A stretch of DNA of 64,000 bases from Laetmonice hystrix (taxonomy: Eukaryota): positions 48,362,001 through 48,426,000 of the forward strand of contig OZ249436.1 of NCBI GenBank assembly GCA_965235115.1, read 5' to 3'. Position 1 is the stretch's first letter, and the number at the start of each line of letters is the position of its first letter. Under the pieces are notes generated by a model that was not told the origin of the DNA, ran no database searches, and saw nothing but the letters and a program-made list of their open reading frames with translations. Shown one piece after another: positions 42,701 to 55,100 of this stretch. The position numbers were made by a program, and so were the translations under genes.

Positions 42701-45700
42701 ACATGCAGACTTTGGCAATTATCCAGTGAGAAATCTTGTTGCAGGTTGGGACTGAGGGTAACCTGAGTCTAAGCACTTCTTAATGAAACTGAGCCGACTC
42801 AACAAATCTGAGTAAAACTGGCAGTAATCTATAACAAGTAATCTATAACAAAGTCTTAATCAAATGCTCCTACCTTCACTGTATTCACAGCATCATCATA
42901 GGCCTTGATTAAGGCAGTATCATCCCAAATGTCACTACCGTCGTCACCATTCTGCAAGCATGGAGAATTACATTATCATCAGGTACTACTCTGTTGCTCT
43001 CAGTCTGTCACTGTTAAGCTCGGCATACACCGCACCGGACTAGTCTTTAGCTCCTAAAGACAAGTCTGTCCGAGTCGTGTCCGTCACTCTCGTTCTGTGT
43101 ATGCACCCTTGAGACACCAGTCTCTGTTGTCCGGAGCTGTCTGCAGTTGTCGTGAGTAAACTCGAGCGGACTGTCGCGGACAACCTGTCCTGTCCGTGGC
43201 AGTCTCTGTGTGTATGTGCCCCTGTTTTAAGTCCGTGAGAGTCAGCAAACGAAGACAACCAATCAGAAGGCCTCGCCACTTACTTCCGGTACGGTGGTGC
43301 AGAAGTTCCACCTGCTGCCACAAGGATCGCATTGCTAGACGGCCACGACAGAACAGACTTGTCCGGTCCTGTCGTTGTGTGTATGCGCCCCAGTCCAGAT
43401 GAATCTTTAGGACTAAAGGCTCCTCTGGACTCACGACAACTAGTTCCTTGGAGTCTTTAGTCCCTGCTTGTCGTTTTGTGTGTGCCGGCTTTTAGATGTG
43501 GACAAAACCCTGTTCATAGATGTAAAACTATCTGCCATGTCCGTTCCCCTTAACTGGAAGTCCTAGGGATGGAGCCTGGGGCCCGTTTCACTAATGGTGA
43601 CATCCCTACGTCATCCCCAATGGCACTCAAAAGTGTTCCACAAAAATGTCCCTCCTTGGGGACATCCCCAGTTCATGCAATGTTAATTTCACAGGCATTT
43701 TAGTGAAACGGGATGTCTCTGAATCATAGATGTCCCCACTCGGGGATTTCCTCGCTTAGTGAAACAAGCCCCTGGGTCACCAATTCATGGGAAAATAGTT
43801 GAGCTGGGGAAACTTGGTCTGCTTCTACTAGGAATTTCGAAAAAAGGGCCAGATTTTTTCATGGGTATTTTGAAAGAAGTCTGACTGAATGCAAGTGTCC
43901 CACCCCTTTCTGGCAGCCATCGCATGATTGGTCGTAAGCATGTGAATGCGTTATGATGCAGAGGCGAGTCCCAATTGGTGCAAATCCCTGCTAGGCCTAG
44001 ACTTTTTTTTCTAGATTCGGGGGCATGTGCATTATTTTTAAACTAAGTTTAAGAGTAAAATGGTGCATTCTTGACACGCTTCACATCATTATGATAAATA
44101 GGCCTAAAAATTCAAAATTATTGGTCGTTGCATATATAAAACTGTCTATCCTATGTATGACTCTTGTCTATGCTATGACTAATATCCCGCCGTGACCTGT
44201 TTTCATCGTTCTCCTGATTTTGTCGGTCACGTGACTTTCGAAGACGCGAGCGTTTCGAGAATGTAAACAATACCAATTTGACAGCTCCATACCTGCTTGT
44301 TGCTCCTGGAATATTTTTTTTCGAAATGGAGATAGATTCTCTACACAAAGTAAGATTTATTTTTTTTCATACCGTCGGAAGGTTATTTTCGCCTATCTTG
44401 CTTATTACTTTTGACCAGTTGCCTAAAATGAGCTTAAAACATAATTATTGACGCATTAGGAGCGAGCCCTCCTGTCATCGGCTACCTCCATTCTCTGTCT
44501 AACATACGCATGATCCGTTTCCGCGGAAAAAAATCTATGGAAGCCACCGTACCAGTTATTAACGATCGCCGACGAAAACTGGTGACGTAGTACACACGAA
44601 ACAGCCAGTAAGCGACCGCCAAGGTTGTTGACATTTAGGACCGCTGTATTTACTCAAGTGTATCGATCTTTTATACAGTTATGTCAGTTTTGATGCTGAT
44701 TATACGAATACCAGTCAAATCGTCACACGGCCAAACCGTCACACGGTGAAAGTCAAACCGTCACAGTCAGATCGTCACAGGCAGGCGAGTCCCCGGTGGT
44801 CAGACCGTCACATCATCACTGCCATCCTGTCCTGCCATCCCCTTGGCTTGGAGGGCCGCCGAGCCGCCTGCCCGGGGTGAGCTAGGGAGCGGTGGCCGGT
44901 CACTCGCCCGCTCGCTTACTCGCTCAAGCTGCCGCGGGACCGCTGGCCGCTCGCTCGCTGCCGGGGCTTGTACTAAGTCTAAGTTGTAGGGGGCCTCGGC
45001 CGGTCGGTTCGGTCTGGGCTTGTTGAAGCAGGGGCCTCAGCCGGTCGGTAGAGAGCGGGATATGGCTAGGCGGATCTATATAATCTTTTAAACAACTGCC
45101 GAGAATCATACGCCGTGTATTCCGCCCCCCGCCTCAGCCGACGCAGCAGCCCGGCCGGGTAGGGGGTAGGCCTACGGCAGCCCTCGGTTGCTGCCCTGCC
45201 TGTGTGATGATTTGACTGGCGTACGCGGCAGCGACCACAAGGCCGGCCCCGGGGGTCGGGTCTTGTCCGGTCCGGGCTCTGGGCCCAGGAAGCAAAGTCA
45301 AACCGTCACATCTGCTCAAAACGAAACGGTCAAACCGTCACAGGTAACAGTTTGGCCGTGTGACGGTTTGACTGGTTCCCGATTATACCAGGTATAATCA
45401 GCATATATCAGCAGATATGTTGGCCTTGTGAATAATTTGCTATTGTCCCCCAATGGTGCAAGTTGTCCTTACGTCGACGAAAACCGGTCACGCCGGGATA
45501 TGTCTATGTATGTCACTGCCGGAATCAGACTCACTGTATCACAGGGAGGCCTGAGCGATATTAGGGGAACAATACAACTAATTTGTCTTATTCCTAATGT
45601 TAGAAACGGAATACATCTTCTTCCACATCCTTAACCTACAGCTTATACTCTCAGTATATTTTCATTATCATGTTTTGGTAATGATTTCAGTTTATATGAA

Positions 45701-45769
45701 ACGGACAGACGTAAAATGTACAGTTACAACCTGCCCTTTCATGAACACCACTTCGCCGGAGGAGGCCAT
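39763..45769 (-). CDS. SMN: Survival motor neuron protein, 6 exons
   Basis: Exons 45769-45731 ([13 protein letters not shown]), 42951-42874 ([14 protein letters not shown], Gemin2-binding), 42292-42113 (basic), 41775-41581 (Tudor: [17 protein letters not shown]...[11 protein letters not shown]), 41276-41121 (Pro-rich) and 40008-39763 (YG box [18 protein letters not shown]). All introns are phase 0, GT-AG. Confidence 0.96.
43017..43491. mobile_element. Probable MITE in SMN intron 1
   Basis: Imperfect TIR AGCTCGGCATACAC / GTGTGTGCCGGCT with TTA-like flanks; internal GTCTTTAG/CTAAAGAC palindromes. Confidence 0.5.
43579..43771. mobile_element. Harbinger-type MITE, CTG TSD
   Basis: TIR GGGCCCGTTTCACTAA / TTAGTGAAACAAGCCC, with CTG on both sides. 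Confidence 0.8.
44706..45380. mobile_element. GC-rich non-autonomous element with 8-bp TSD and subterminal repeats (Merlin-like)
   Basis: TIR core CCAGTCAAA(T/C)CGTCACACGGCCAAAC; TSD GATTATAC at 44698-44705 and 45381-45388; multiple (A)CCGTCACA subterminal repeats. Confidence 0.82.
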
Positions 45770-46118
45770 CTTGTGAAACGTGAAAACTGTAAACCTTTGC
45801 CCCATTCGTTCATTTTTCAACGATGTATCCAATCAGAATTCAGCTATCAAATACGGCGAAAACGCAAATGGCTGCGGCCGATAGCAAAAAAGCCAAGTAT
45901 TCTTCTAGTTATACTCGTAAAATTCATTCCTGTATGTGTTAAAAGCTGACATGATGTTGCAAATACAGGTAAATGTATGTCTTTTAATGTGACCGATTGA
46001 AGAGATTCCTAACCAGGACACGGCCGACCTTAATAACAGCCAATTCCACCCGGTGTCAACGCGTGTCAACTCGCCGTGGACCCAAGTTGTTTTAGGCCGC
46101 TGAAAAGATCCGCTAAAA
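45770..46118. promoter_or_regulatory. Candidate bidirectional promoter for SMN and SUGP1
   Basis: Divergent ATGs at 45769 (-) and 46119 (+). YY1-like AAGATGGC / AAAATGGCG motifs overlap both start codons. Confidence 0.65.
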
Positions 46119-49100
46119 ATGGCGTATCGTACGAATCAAGGGACAAGCCTTCAGGAAAGGTTTCGTCAAATGAGTGAGCAGGAAAGACTCATTGAAATGA
46201 AGAAGAGAGAGATCGAACAGAAAATGCTTCAGCAGAAGATGAAACAGCAAGAAGAAACGCTGACGAAAATGCAGCATAACAAACCAAAGCCCAAGGAGCA
46301 GCCCAAGTTTGGTGGAAACCGAATGTGAGTATAGACTATTAATATTACCTATTATTAGTTGACTGCCTTGTGTATTACTGGCCGGGCCAGCCACCAGGCA
46401 AGGACAGATCCGAGGGGATGATGCAGTGATCAATGGCAATTGCTTAACCTGGCCGTCTCGGGTAAAACTAACCATAATTCTGATTCTGATTAGCAATTTT
46501 GAAATTGGTATCCCTGGCTGGGACCCCAGCATCATCTAAAATTGGAGCATAATACATTTTTGGATCCCCGTTCCACATAATGCATGTATTTTTGTGTTAA
46601 TTGTGTTACTACATTTTAAAACCTGTAATATCGACCCCCTGACATATAAATCAGCTTAGTGTCACATGTAAAACTCAAATAAATTGAAGTGAGACCAACC
46701 AATTGTAATGTGAGAACGTTCAGCTGGCTCCGTTGCAATCTAACGCTATATATCTTCGAACCGCTTGGCCATTATGGATAACCAGGCAACAGGAATTCCC
46801 TGATGCATGCCTGTCGAGCACCCAAACTCGTTTTTCCCACGCTTAGTTTCAGAGCCTCTAAGGTACCGTAACGCTGATGGGAGCATGGGTTTTCAGGGCC
46901 ATCCACCCATTCATTTCAGTGTACATGAGCACTGTCGCGTCTTCTGTCCAGCTCCTTCTTTCTCAGCTTTTTAACTGATTAGTTGGATACATCGACTTTC
47001 GTCGCTTAAAAGCCTGTTTCCTTGGAGACATATTTACAAAGCAAGCGTGCTTGGATTATTTCTAATTTAAGAAAACCATCAACATTAAACAAAAATTAAC
47101 ACCACTTAAAGACTCCAGATCCTCTGATGGCCTAAGTTATAATACATGTTCCCAGGCCTCGAATTAGAAGTTAAAAGGGGCACGGCAAAAATTGCCATCG
47201 AGGGCCTTGTTTAAAGGAGGGCACCACGGCATTTTCAACAAGTTTAGAAGGGCACCACGGCAAATTTACTTCTCCAAAACCAAACCTCGCATGTCTGGCT
47301 TAACAGTAAAACAAGGAACCTTCACACTTTAGGTTAGTGGTGTTGGTGATCACTAGGGGATCGATGTCAGGGATGATTTGGCGATGGCTGGTTACAGCTG
47401 AAGGGCACAAGGGAAAAGGGCACCACAGCACTGGACTGCCGTAGATGGTGCAAAAAATAGGAGGGCACCACGGCAAATGGAAGGGGCACGACGGCAATTG
47501 CCGTCGATGCCGTCGTGTAATTCGAGGCCTGTGTTCCTGTGCTTCTATAGGGCCCCATAGTTAATGTCATGTGGCCCCAAACAGGCATTTTTTTTAAACG
47601 ATCGTGACTGCACTCCGTAGCGCTCATTATTTTTTGTGATCTGGTGCGCCTAACTGGGCTCCATGACCTAAATCTACATGTCACAGTGAGGAGACAATAC
47701 ACACAATAATCATTAATGGCAAGGTGGCTAAGGCACAAAGTGGGAGAGAGGAATGTAAAATATAATAAATAAAATAGAATATAATAAATATAGAATATAA
47801 CCAGGTGTGGATTTCCTGCGTGATGTTTTAGGAGTCAGCAGGACTTCCAAGTTGTAAAATTTAGGAGTCCGCCATAGGAAATACAAAGTGACTGGATGTA
47901 AAAAAACCTGACTAATGGGGAACATGGTCCCTGCCTTTTCCGCATGGCGGCAGCACTGTGCAAGTGGTTCAGGAGGCGACATTTTAGCATCTAGAATTAG
48001 ATAGGCTGATATCAGCTAATCTGTGGCTGGTTGCCATGTACCGACATTTGTTCTAAAAAGGTACATGACAATTTTTAAACTTCTTTCATTCACTTTAGTC
48101 CAAATAAGTTAATATTATTTAGTAATGATAGGTTAGGCAGGGGTAGATTTCGTGCATGATTTTTTAGGAGTCAGCAGGACTCCCAAGTTAAAAAATTTAG
48201 GAGTCCGCCAAAAAATGTGGGAGTCCACTAGCCTATAGGGATTACAAGTTCAACGTGACTGGATGTAAAAAAAACTGACTAATTATAGGGTGTTAGGGTG
48301 TTATGTCATAATAGTTTGGCATAAACACTGGAAGTAATCAAGCCACCACGACAGAGAAGGGGGGGAGCTGAGTGAAACATATTGTCAGTCTTGTGATCCC
48401 TGCTGAGTAGCAGATATTCGGTTCCCCAAGACTGGGTGATTGTCAGCTGGTCCTGGGTTAAAATCTGCATCAATCTGTGTGTAAATATCTGGGAGACAGC
48501 CAGACTCATGGTCAGGTGGCTGCCAGGAGTCCGTCCTGATTTTTGGGAGTCTCGGACTCACGGACTCCGTCTTCCTATCTAAACTTATGCTAACGTACTG
48601 CAGCAAAGACCGTTTGCACAGTGCTACGGCCTTGCGGATTTGACTTGAAATGCCCATTGCGCATGCATCTAATGTACCCCATTGCAGATGGTGTTAACTG
48701 TTATAAATCAAATGCCATAATAATTTGGCATTTAAAACACTAGAGTAATCAAGCCACGATGTGGGGGGGGGGCTGGGTGAAACATATCAGTCTTGTGACC
48801 CCTGCTGAGTTGCAGATATAACGTTGATTCGCAAAAAGTTGCTACTCATATGTTAATTTGATTCGCAACAGGCTGATTTTCACTCGTAAATTGCGATGCA
48901 AACCCGGTTATTTCGAGCCCTGCTATATTTGGATGAAATTGTGGAGATGATTTCCTATTTATTTTGAATGAGTTATGGTCCTTATGTGTATAACTCAGAT
49001 GTGTTGTCACCTTGGCGTTGACAAGTTAAAGAGTTGATCTTTTAATCTATGGCCAATAAGGAAAAATTGTGTTAAAAAATGGGTCATGAAGGTCGCATTG

Positions 49101-52100
49101 GGAGGTTTAAGGGTATTACTTGTTTGCTGTTGTCTGCCTAGAAAGCTGCATGTCGTGCTGCTTTAAATAACAAAAACACTGGGACCTGTTTTTAGTGTAA
49201 TGATATTGATTCTATCAGGTGGTCCCCAGGGCAGAGACCAAAGTTATTTTCGGCCAGTGCCAGGCAGGGAGATGTTGATGTGATTGTTACATGGTCAGCA
49301 TCACGCCACATGAGCTTGGGGCCAAGTAGTAATAAATGCTACCTACAGCAGTAGATCACATTGAAATAGATCTTGTCCACTAGCAAAGGTTCAAAACATT
49401 TCTCATTGTAGTCAGACACAGGAATGTGCCCAGAAAAAATTGTAGTTTTGCGCAAGGTTTTCAGTTGGCCATTTGGTTAGCCCCTTGGTATGAACAAGAG
49501 ACAGTATGAGAAGTTAATATGTACATTTATCAGATGATAGGCCCAAGAAAATTTCCTGCCAGGCGGTACTTGAACCTTTTTAGTTTTGTGCCGGGCAGCT
49601 AAAATTTGTGCCAGGTGGGCCCGCCCAGCACTGCCCGGTGTGGGCACATCCCTGGAGACATTGTTGACCACCACAAGCCAGGGTGAACAGGGGTAGATTT
49701 TATGCATGATTTTTTAGGAGTCGGCATTTTATCTGTACTACTGGAATGTGCCAATGAGGGCAGGGCACAATGTTCTATCACAAATCATATCAGAGCCGTC
49801 ATTAAGCCTGCATACAGCATCTGTTATGCATGTAAACTATTGAATTGATGCAAGAAAAACTACTCTGCAGGCCTTGTGTTTTAAGGCGAGCTCGTGCTCG
49901 CCATGGATCGCTCGCCTAAAATGCTATCGAGGCAAGCTAAAAACCACCCGCCTAGCCGAAAATAACCCCTAGAAATCGCTCGCCGGTGCACTGACACAGC
50001 ATGACTGATATACAAATGATAGCCCCTCATGAACAGCCTATTCACATGGTTCCCACGGGTCCAGGAATTTTTGTATTGGGGCCTCCCGGGCCAGGAATTT
50101 GATAAATATGTCCCCAGTCCGGGAAAAGTCCGGGAATTTGACCAACAGACTCCAATTCTAGGTGGCTGATTTACAGTCTGGCCAACTGAGGGTACCGTTC
50201 CTTGCTGTACAACAATATTTTCCATAAAGATGTTTGAGTTCTCTCATTTTTGAAAATCCTCTGTGCAGATGTATCACGGGCCAATCCCAGATCTACTTTA
50301 AAATGTTTCATAAGATGTTACATCGTGGTTATTTCAGGATTGGGAAAAGACCTGGTTTCTTTGGAAGGGGTCCAGAGGCTCTGAAGAAGGCTCGGCAAGA
50401 ACAGTCGCAGCTGGCACAGCAAGTGCAGCAGGCACAGCAGCCACAGCAGCAGCAACCCTTGCAACAGCAGCAGGATGTGAGCAAGCCAAAGGCATTCTAT
50501 GGCCTGAATAACTTTTCCAATGATGGCAGCTTCCTCGACCAGTTTTATAAAATGCAGGGCATGAAAGGTATGTTGGCCTTGGATTCTTGGTTTATTCAGT
50601 TGTTCTGTGTGGGTCCAATGGTTTCCTGCTGGGACCACTACTACTGACTACCGGTACCTTGAAGAAATCTTTTTACATCCTTTGGTTACCATGCAATGGA
50701 GATGAATATTTTACTCACCTACAAGAATTCAAGAAAGTGATAGATACTGGGGAGGGGAGAGATTTATTTTCAAAATAGCATAATTTGGAAAATCTGTTTA
50801 CAGTGCCTAAAAAAGTCAAGAAGGAAGAAACGGATGACAAAGAAGAGATCCCCAAAGAGTTGGAAGTCACAGATTCAAGTAAAGATAAAATCAATAAAAA
50901 TGGTTCTGACCAGTCATCAAGGATTGTCAAGAGTGAGGAATCAGAAGGCAAGGAGCTGCCAGATCCCCAAAGTGACAACATACAGAAGAGGCCTCAGCAG
51001 GGCCCTCAGCAAGGCCCTCAGCAGGGCCCTCAGCATGGTCCTCAGCAAGGACCTCAGCAGAGCCCACAACAGGGCCCACAGCAAGGCCCACAGCAGGGCC
51101 CACAGCAGGGCCCACAGCAGGGCCCACAGCAGGGCCCACAGCAGGGCCCTCAGCAGGGCCCACAGCAAGGCCCACAGCAAGGCCCTCATCGCCCCCAGCC
51201 CCAAGGTCCTCAACCCATGGGACCGCTGCCAATGGGTCCATCCCATCAGGGGCCCCAGATTATGGGGCCACCCCAGCATGGACCCCATCAGGTCATTCCC
51301 CCTCAACCGGGATCTCTGTCACATGGTCCACACCCGATGGGGCCACAGCAGCACGGCCCACAGATGCCACCCCCTCAACAGGGCCCCAACACCCATGGGC
51401 CTCCCCAGCAAGCTCCACCTCTTCATGGTCCTTCCCAGCATGGGCCACCCCAGCATGGCCCTCCTCAACATGGTCCCCCTCAACTTGGACAACACCAGCC
51501 GGGTCCCCCCCAACATGGATTGCCCCAGCCTGGCCCTCACCAGCCTGGTCCCCCTCAACATGGACCACATGGACCCAACCAGCAACCCCCTCACCCTGGA
51601 CAACAGGGACCACAGAGCATTCCTTCCCAGGGACCACTGACTGGGATGCCACCCCCGGGGATGCCTCCCCAGGGTTTACCCCATCACGGGCCCCCACCCC
51701 CAGGTCCACCTCCAGTACAAGGGCAGCCTCGTCACGGGGAGTTTGGAGGAGACTTTGGGCAGTTCATGTCCAATCAAGTATCAGGGCCTCCGCCCTCAGG
51801 GGTGCAGACGCCCCCTCAGTTTAATCAGTTTGGAGGACCAGTGCTTGGTCCCTTACAGACACAGGGTCAGCCCCAGTCCCAGCCTCACATGGTGAATGTC
51901 ACGTCTGCCAACCTGCCCCACCCCCCTGGACCACCCCTTGCCCACCAGGGCCCCCCACCCCGTCATCCGGGCCCACCGCCCCCACCCCAACACCAAGGCC
52001 CACTCCCACCCCAACACCAGGGCCCACCCCAACACCAGGGCCCACCCCAACACCAAGGCCCGCCCCCACACCAAGGCCCGCCCCCACCGCCACACCAAGG

Positions 52101-55100
52101 TCCACCCCCACCCCCTCACCAAGGGCCACCCCCACCCCCTCATCAGGGTCCACCCCCGCCTCAACACCAAGGGCCACCCCCACCCCCACGCCATGGTCCA
52201 CCCCCACCCCCACACCAGGGTCCGCCCCCAACTCGACACCAGGGCCCGCCCCCAACTCGACACCAGGGCCCGCCCCCACCCCCACACCAAGGCCCGCCCC
52301 CGCATCAAGGCATTCCACCACCACCACCACACCAAGGTCATCCTGCTCCAGGCTCAGGGGCCCAATCTCCTGTTGTGAGCTCAGGGCCTGCCATGAGTTT
52401 CAGTACAACAATGATGCCAGGTTGCAATGTTGCCTATTCTCAGGCTGGGGGTGTGCCACGCCCCCCAGGGCCACCCCCTCCTGGAATGCCACCACCCCCA
52501 GGGTTCACACAGCAGCAAGGCCAGCAACGGCTCCCCATGCCTCCACCATCTACACAACCACCAGCGCCCCCTGGAATCCATACACCCTTCAGCCAAGCCC
52601 CACCACCCCCTGTCACCCAGAACCACAACCTTCCCCAGCAGACTCAGGCTTTCATGGGGCCTGGTCCGAACCAGCCTGCCCCTCTACAGTCGTTCCCTCA
52701 CAACCCACACACCAGTCAGCCTCCACCCTTGCAAGGGGCTCGGGCACCTGGAGTATCGCAGATACAAAGACCACATGTTTCTCACGCTCCAGGGCAGCCT
52801 CCATTCCAACAAAACAATCCAAACTTTCCCACGTCAACAGCCAACCAGCCTCCACCTCCACCACCTTTCAGCCAGGCGTCTGGACCCAGCTTTCACCTGC
52901 CTCCTCCGGGCATCATGGCTGGCCCAGGTATGCCTGGGTCACAGCCCCAACAGGTGCCCCAAGGGATGAGCCAGATGCAGACAGCCCCTCGAGGCGGGCC
53001 CGTTCCTCCCCCTCCCCCGGCTGTCTACCCGGGTAGTCAGAACCCGATGCTTGGAACATTCGGGCCAAGAGGCCCTCCGCCTCCCCCGCCACCCCACGGC
53101 CTGGTCACATCTGGGCTTCCCGGCACATCGACCTCTGGACCTCCAGTCTCTGTGCCACCAGGCATGTTCACCTCAGGGCCACCAATCCTGTCGGGTTCTC
53201 CTCACCTACAAGGACCACCACCAGGGCCACCTCCTGGACCCCCACCACCACCACACACTGGAGGAGTACGACCACCGCCTGGCCCACCCAGCCGGACACA
53301 GCAGGTCCCAGCCAAACCTCCGGCCCTCGAGAGGCAGTCCACAGCAGAGGAGTATGACCCCACCAATCCGACAGGAGGGCCAGAGAGTGAAGAGGAGCGA
53401 CCAAGAGGTGGGTCATAGTTCCGTTTGTTTGGTTTACTGAAAAACTGGCAGACTGAAAGCGTATCTGTACCAAATCAAGCTTTACTTTCAAACTCTCACC
53501 TCCCGTGTTTGCCATTTTGATAGTACCAGTCCTATGTATTTAGACCCTAAATTGAAAAACAGAAGTTTCCCATTGATAATGAAGTGGTTAAAATCTTTGA
53601 TGGGTTTACATCATCCATTCAAAGGAAATTCATTTTGTCATGAACATGAGGAGGCGGGGAACTATTGGTGGGAGAGAAAGTGGTTGCTGCAGTGTTAACC
53701 AGACAGAACAGACCTTGTACAGGTGCATCAGTCTCTTTCTTACTTGAGGTGATGAGGTACAGGAACACTGTATGACTGATATACACAATTTTATCCTTGA
53801 TGTTTGTGATGAGGGGGGGGGGGGGTTCTAACATGTCTCAAGGCAAGGGAATGAAAGATTACAGTGAAAAAAAATTGCAAGAAATAGAAGGAGACTACAA
53901 GTATGATGCGTAATATTTCAGATGTGAAAAATGTATTCGTTGAGGATTTAATGTGTCTGTAATTCGAGAACTCACTCTTCCAGCTCTCAAACATTTGTAA
54001 CTTACATTGCACCATCGAAAAATGGTGGCATGTTAGGGAGAATTGCAATATAATCATACCATTGGCCGTTTTGTATCTTGTGTCTTAGAAACGAACTTAC
54101 CTGATCTTTATTTTATCTCATATTTCTCCCCAATAGTAAATCTACACTGGAACATTATAAAGGCTTCGTTAGGACTAATAGTAATTCATATACGCTCAAA
54201 TAATAGGTTTAAATGTCCCACCCGTAACACCGTTTATCTCTAGGTTTCTATGTTTTTTCGCAATTTCTAATAAATTCTTTGTCCTTCTCTAAAAAGAGTC
54301 TGTATCAGTTTTATCAAGAATTTCTTTGGGTTCAATATGCTTTTCTTGTCATTTTTAAAATGTGCCAGATTTTTTTACACGGCCTCATTTTGGCTTTCGT
54401 ACTGGTTCCTCAGTTTTTGATGTCCCACCCGAAACAGTGCGAATAATTCAAACTTGAGTGTCTAGTACTTTTCATTAATATTACTAAATAAAGGTTTTTC
54501 AAGTTTGCTTTGCAGCACAAGCAAAATTTCAATCATAGTATCAAAATTAAATGAGAAAATATCTCGCAATCGATTAAAATGACGTTTGTTCCATCTTGTT
54601 TGTCCCACCCGTAACACTATAATCACGAAAAAATGGCTACAATAAGATTGAAATTGATATTTTATTTTGATAAATCGATTAGGCAGCGCGAAGGTGGCCA
54701 GCGTTGTTTTTCTCTTCTTACACACAAGTGTTCAGATATTGGATATTTTTCATTAATCCGTCCCGCCCGTAACGTGTCCCACCCGTAACGCTTACTTTCA
54801 TCCTAACCCTACTAATTTGGCATTTATCAACTTAAATTAGGAATTTGTGGCAAACTCGACCCCTATGCAATTTGGTAATAATTGTTATGCAAAAATTCCA
54901 ATGGTATATAACAAATACGGTTAATTGGTCAGAAAAAGCTTGGTTTATTAGCTTGTGTTTCTTTTTTTTGGTTTAAATTTAAATAAATTTATTTTTTTTA
55001 AATATATTTAGGTTTTCATGGTTTCATGTGGGTGATTACAAATTTACCTTTGCAAACAACATTGAAAAAGGTTACTTTCATGCAAAAAGAATCCAAAACA

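Noticed and set aside
50834..53515. Many overlapping alternative-frame and antisense ORFs
   Set aside because: Shadows of the low-complexity SUGP1 exon.
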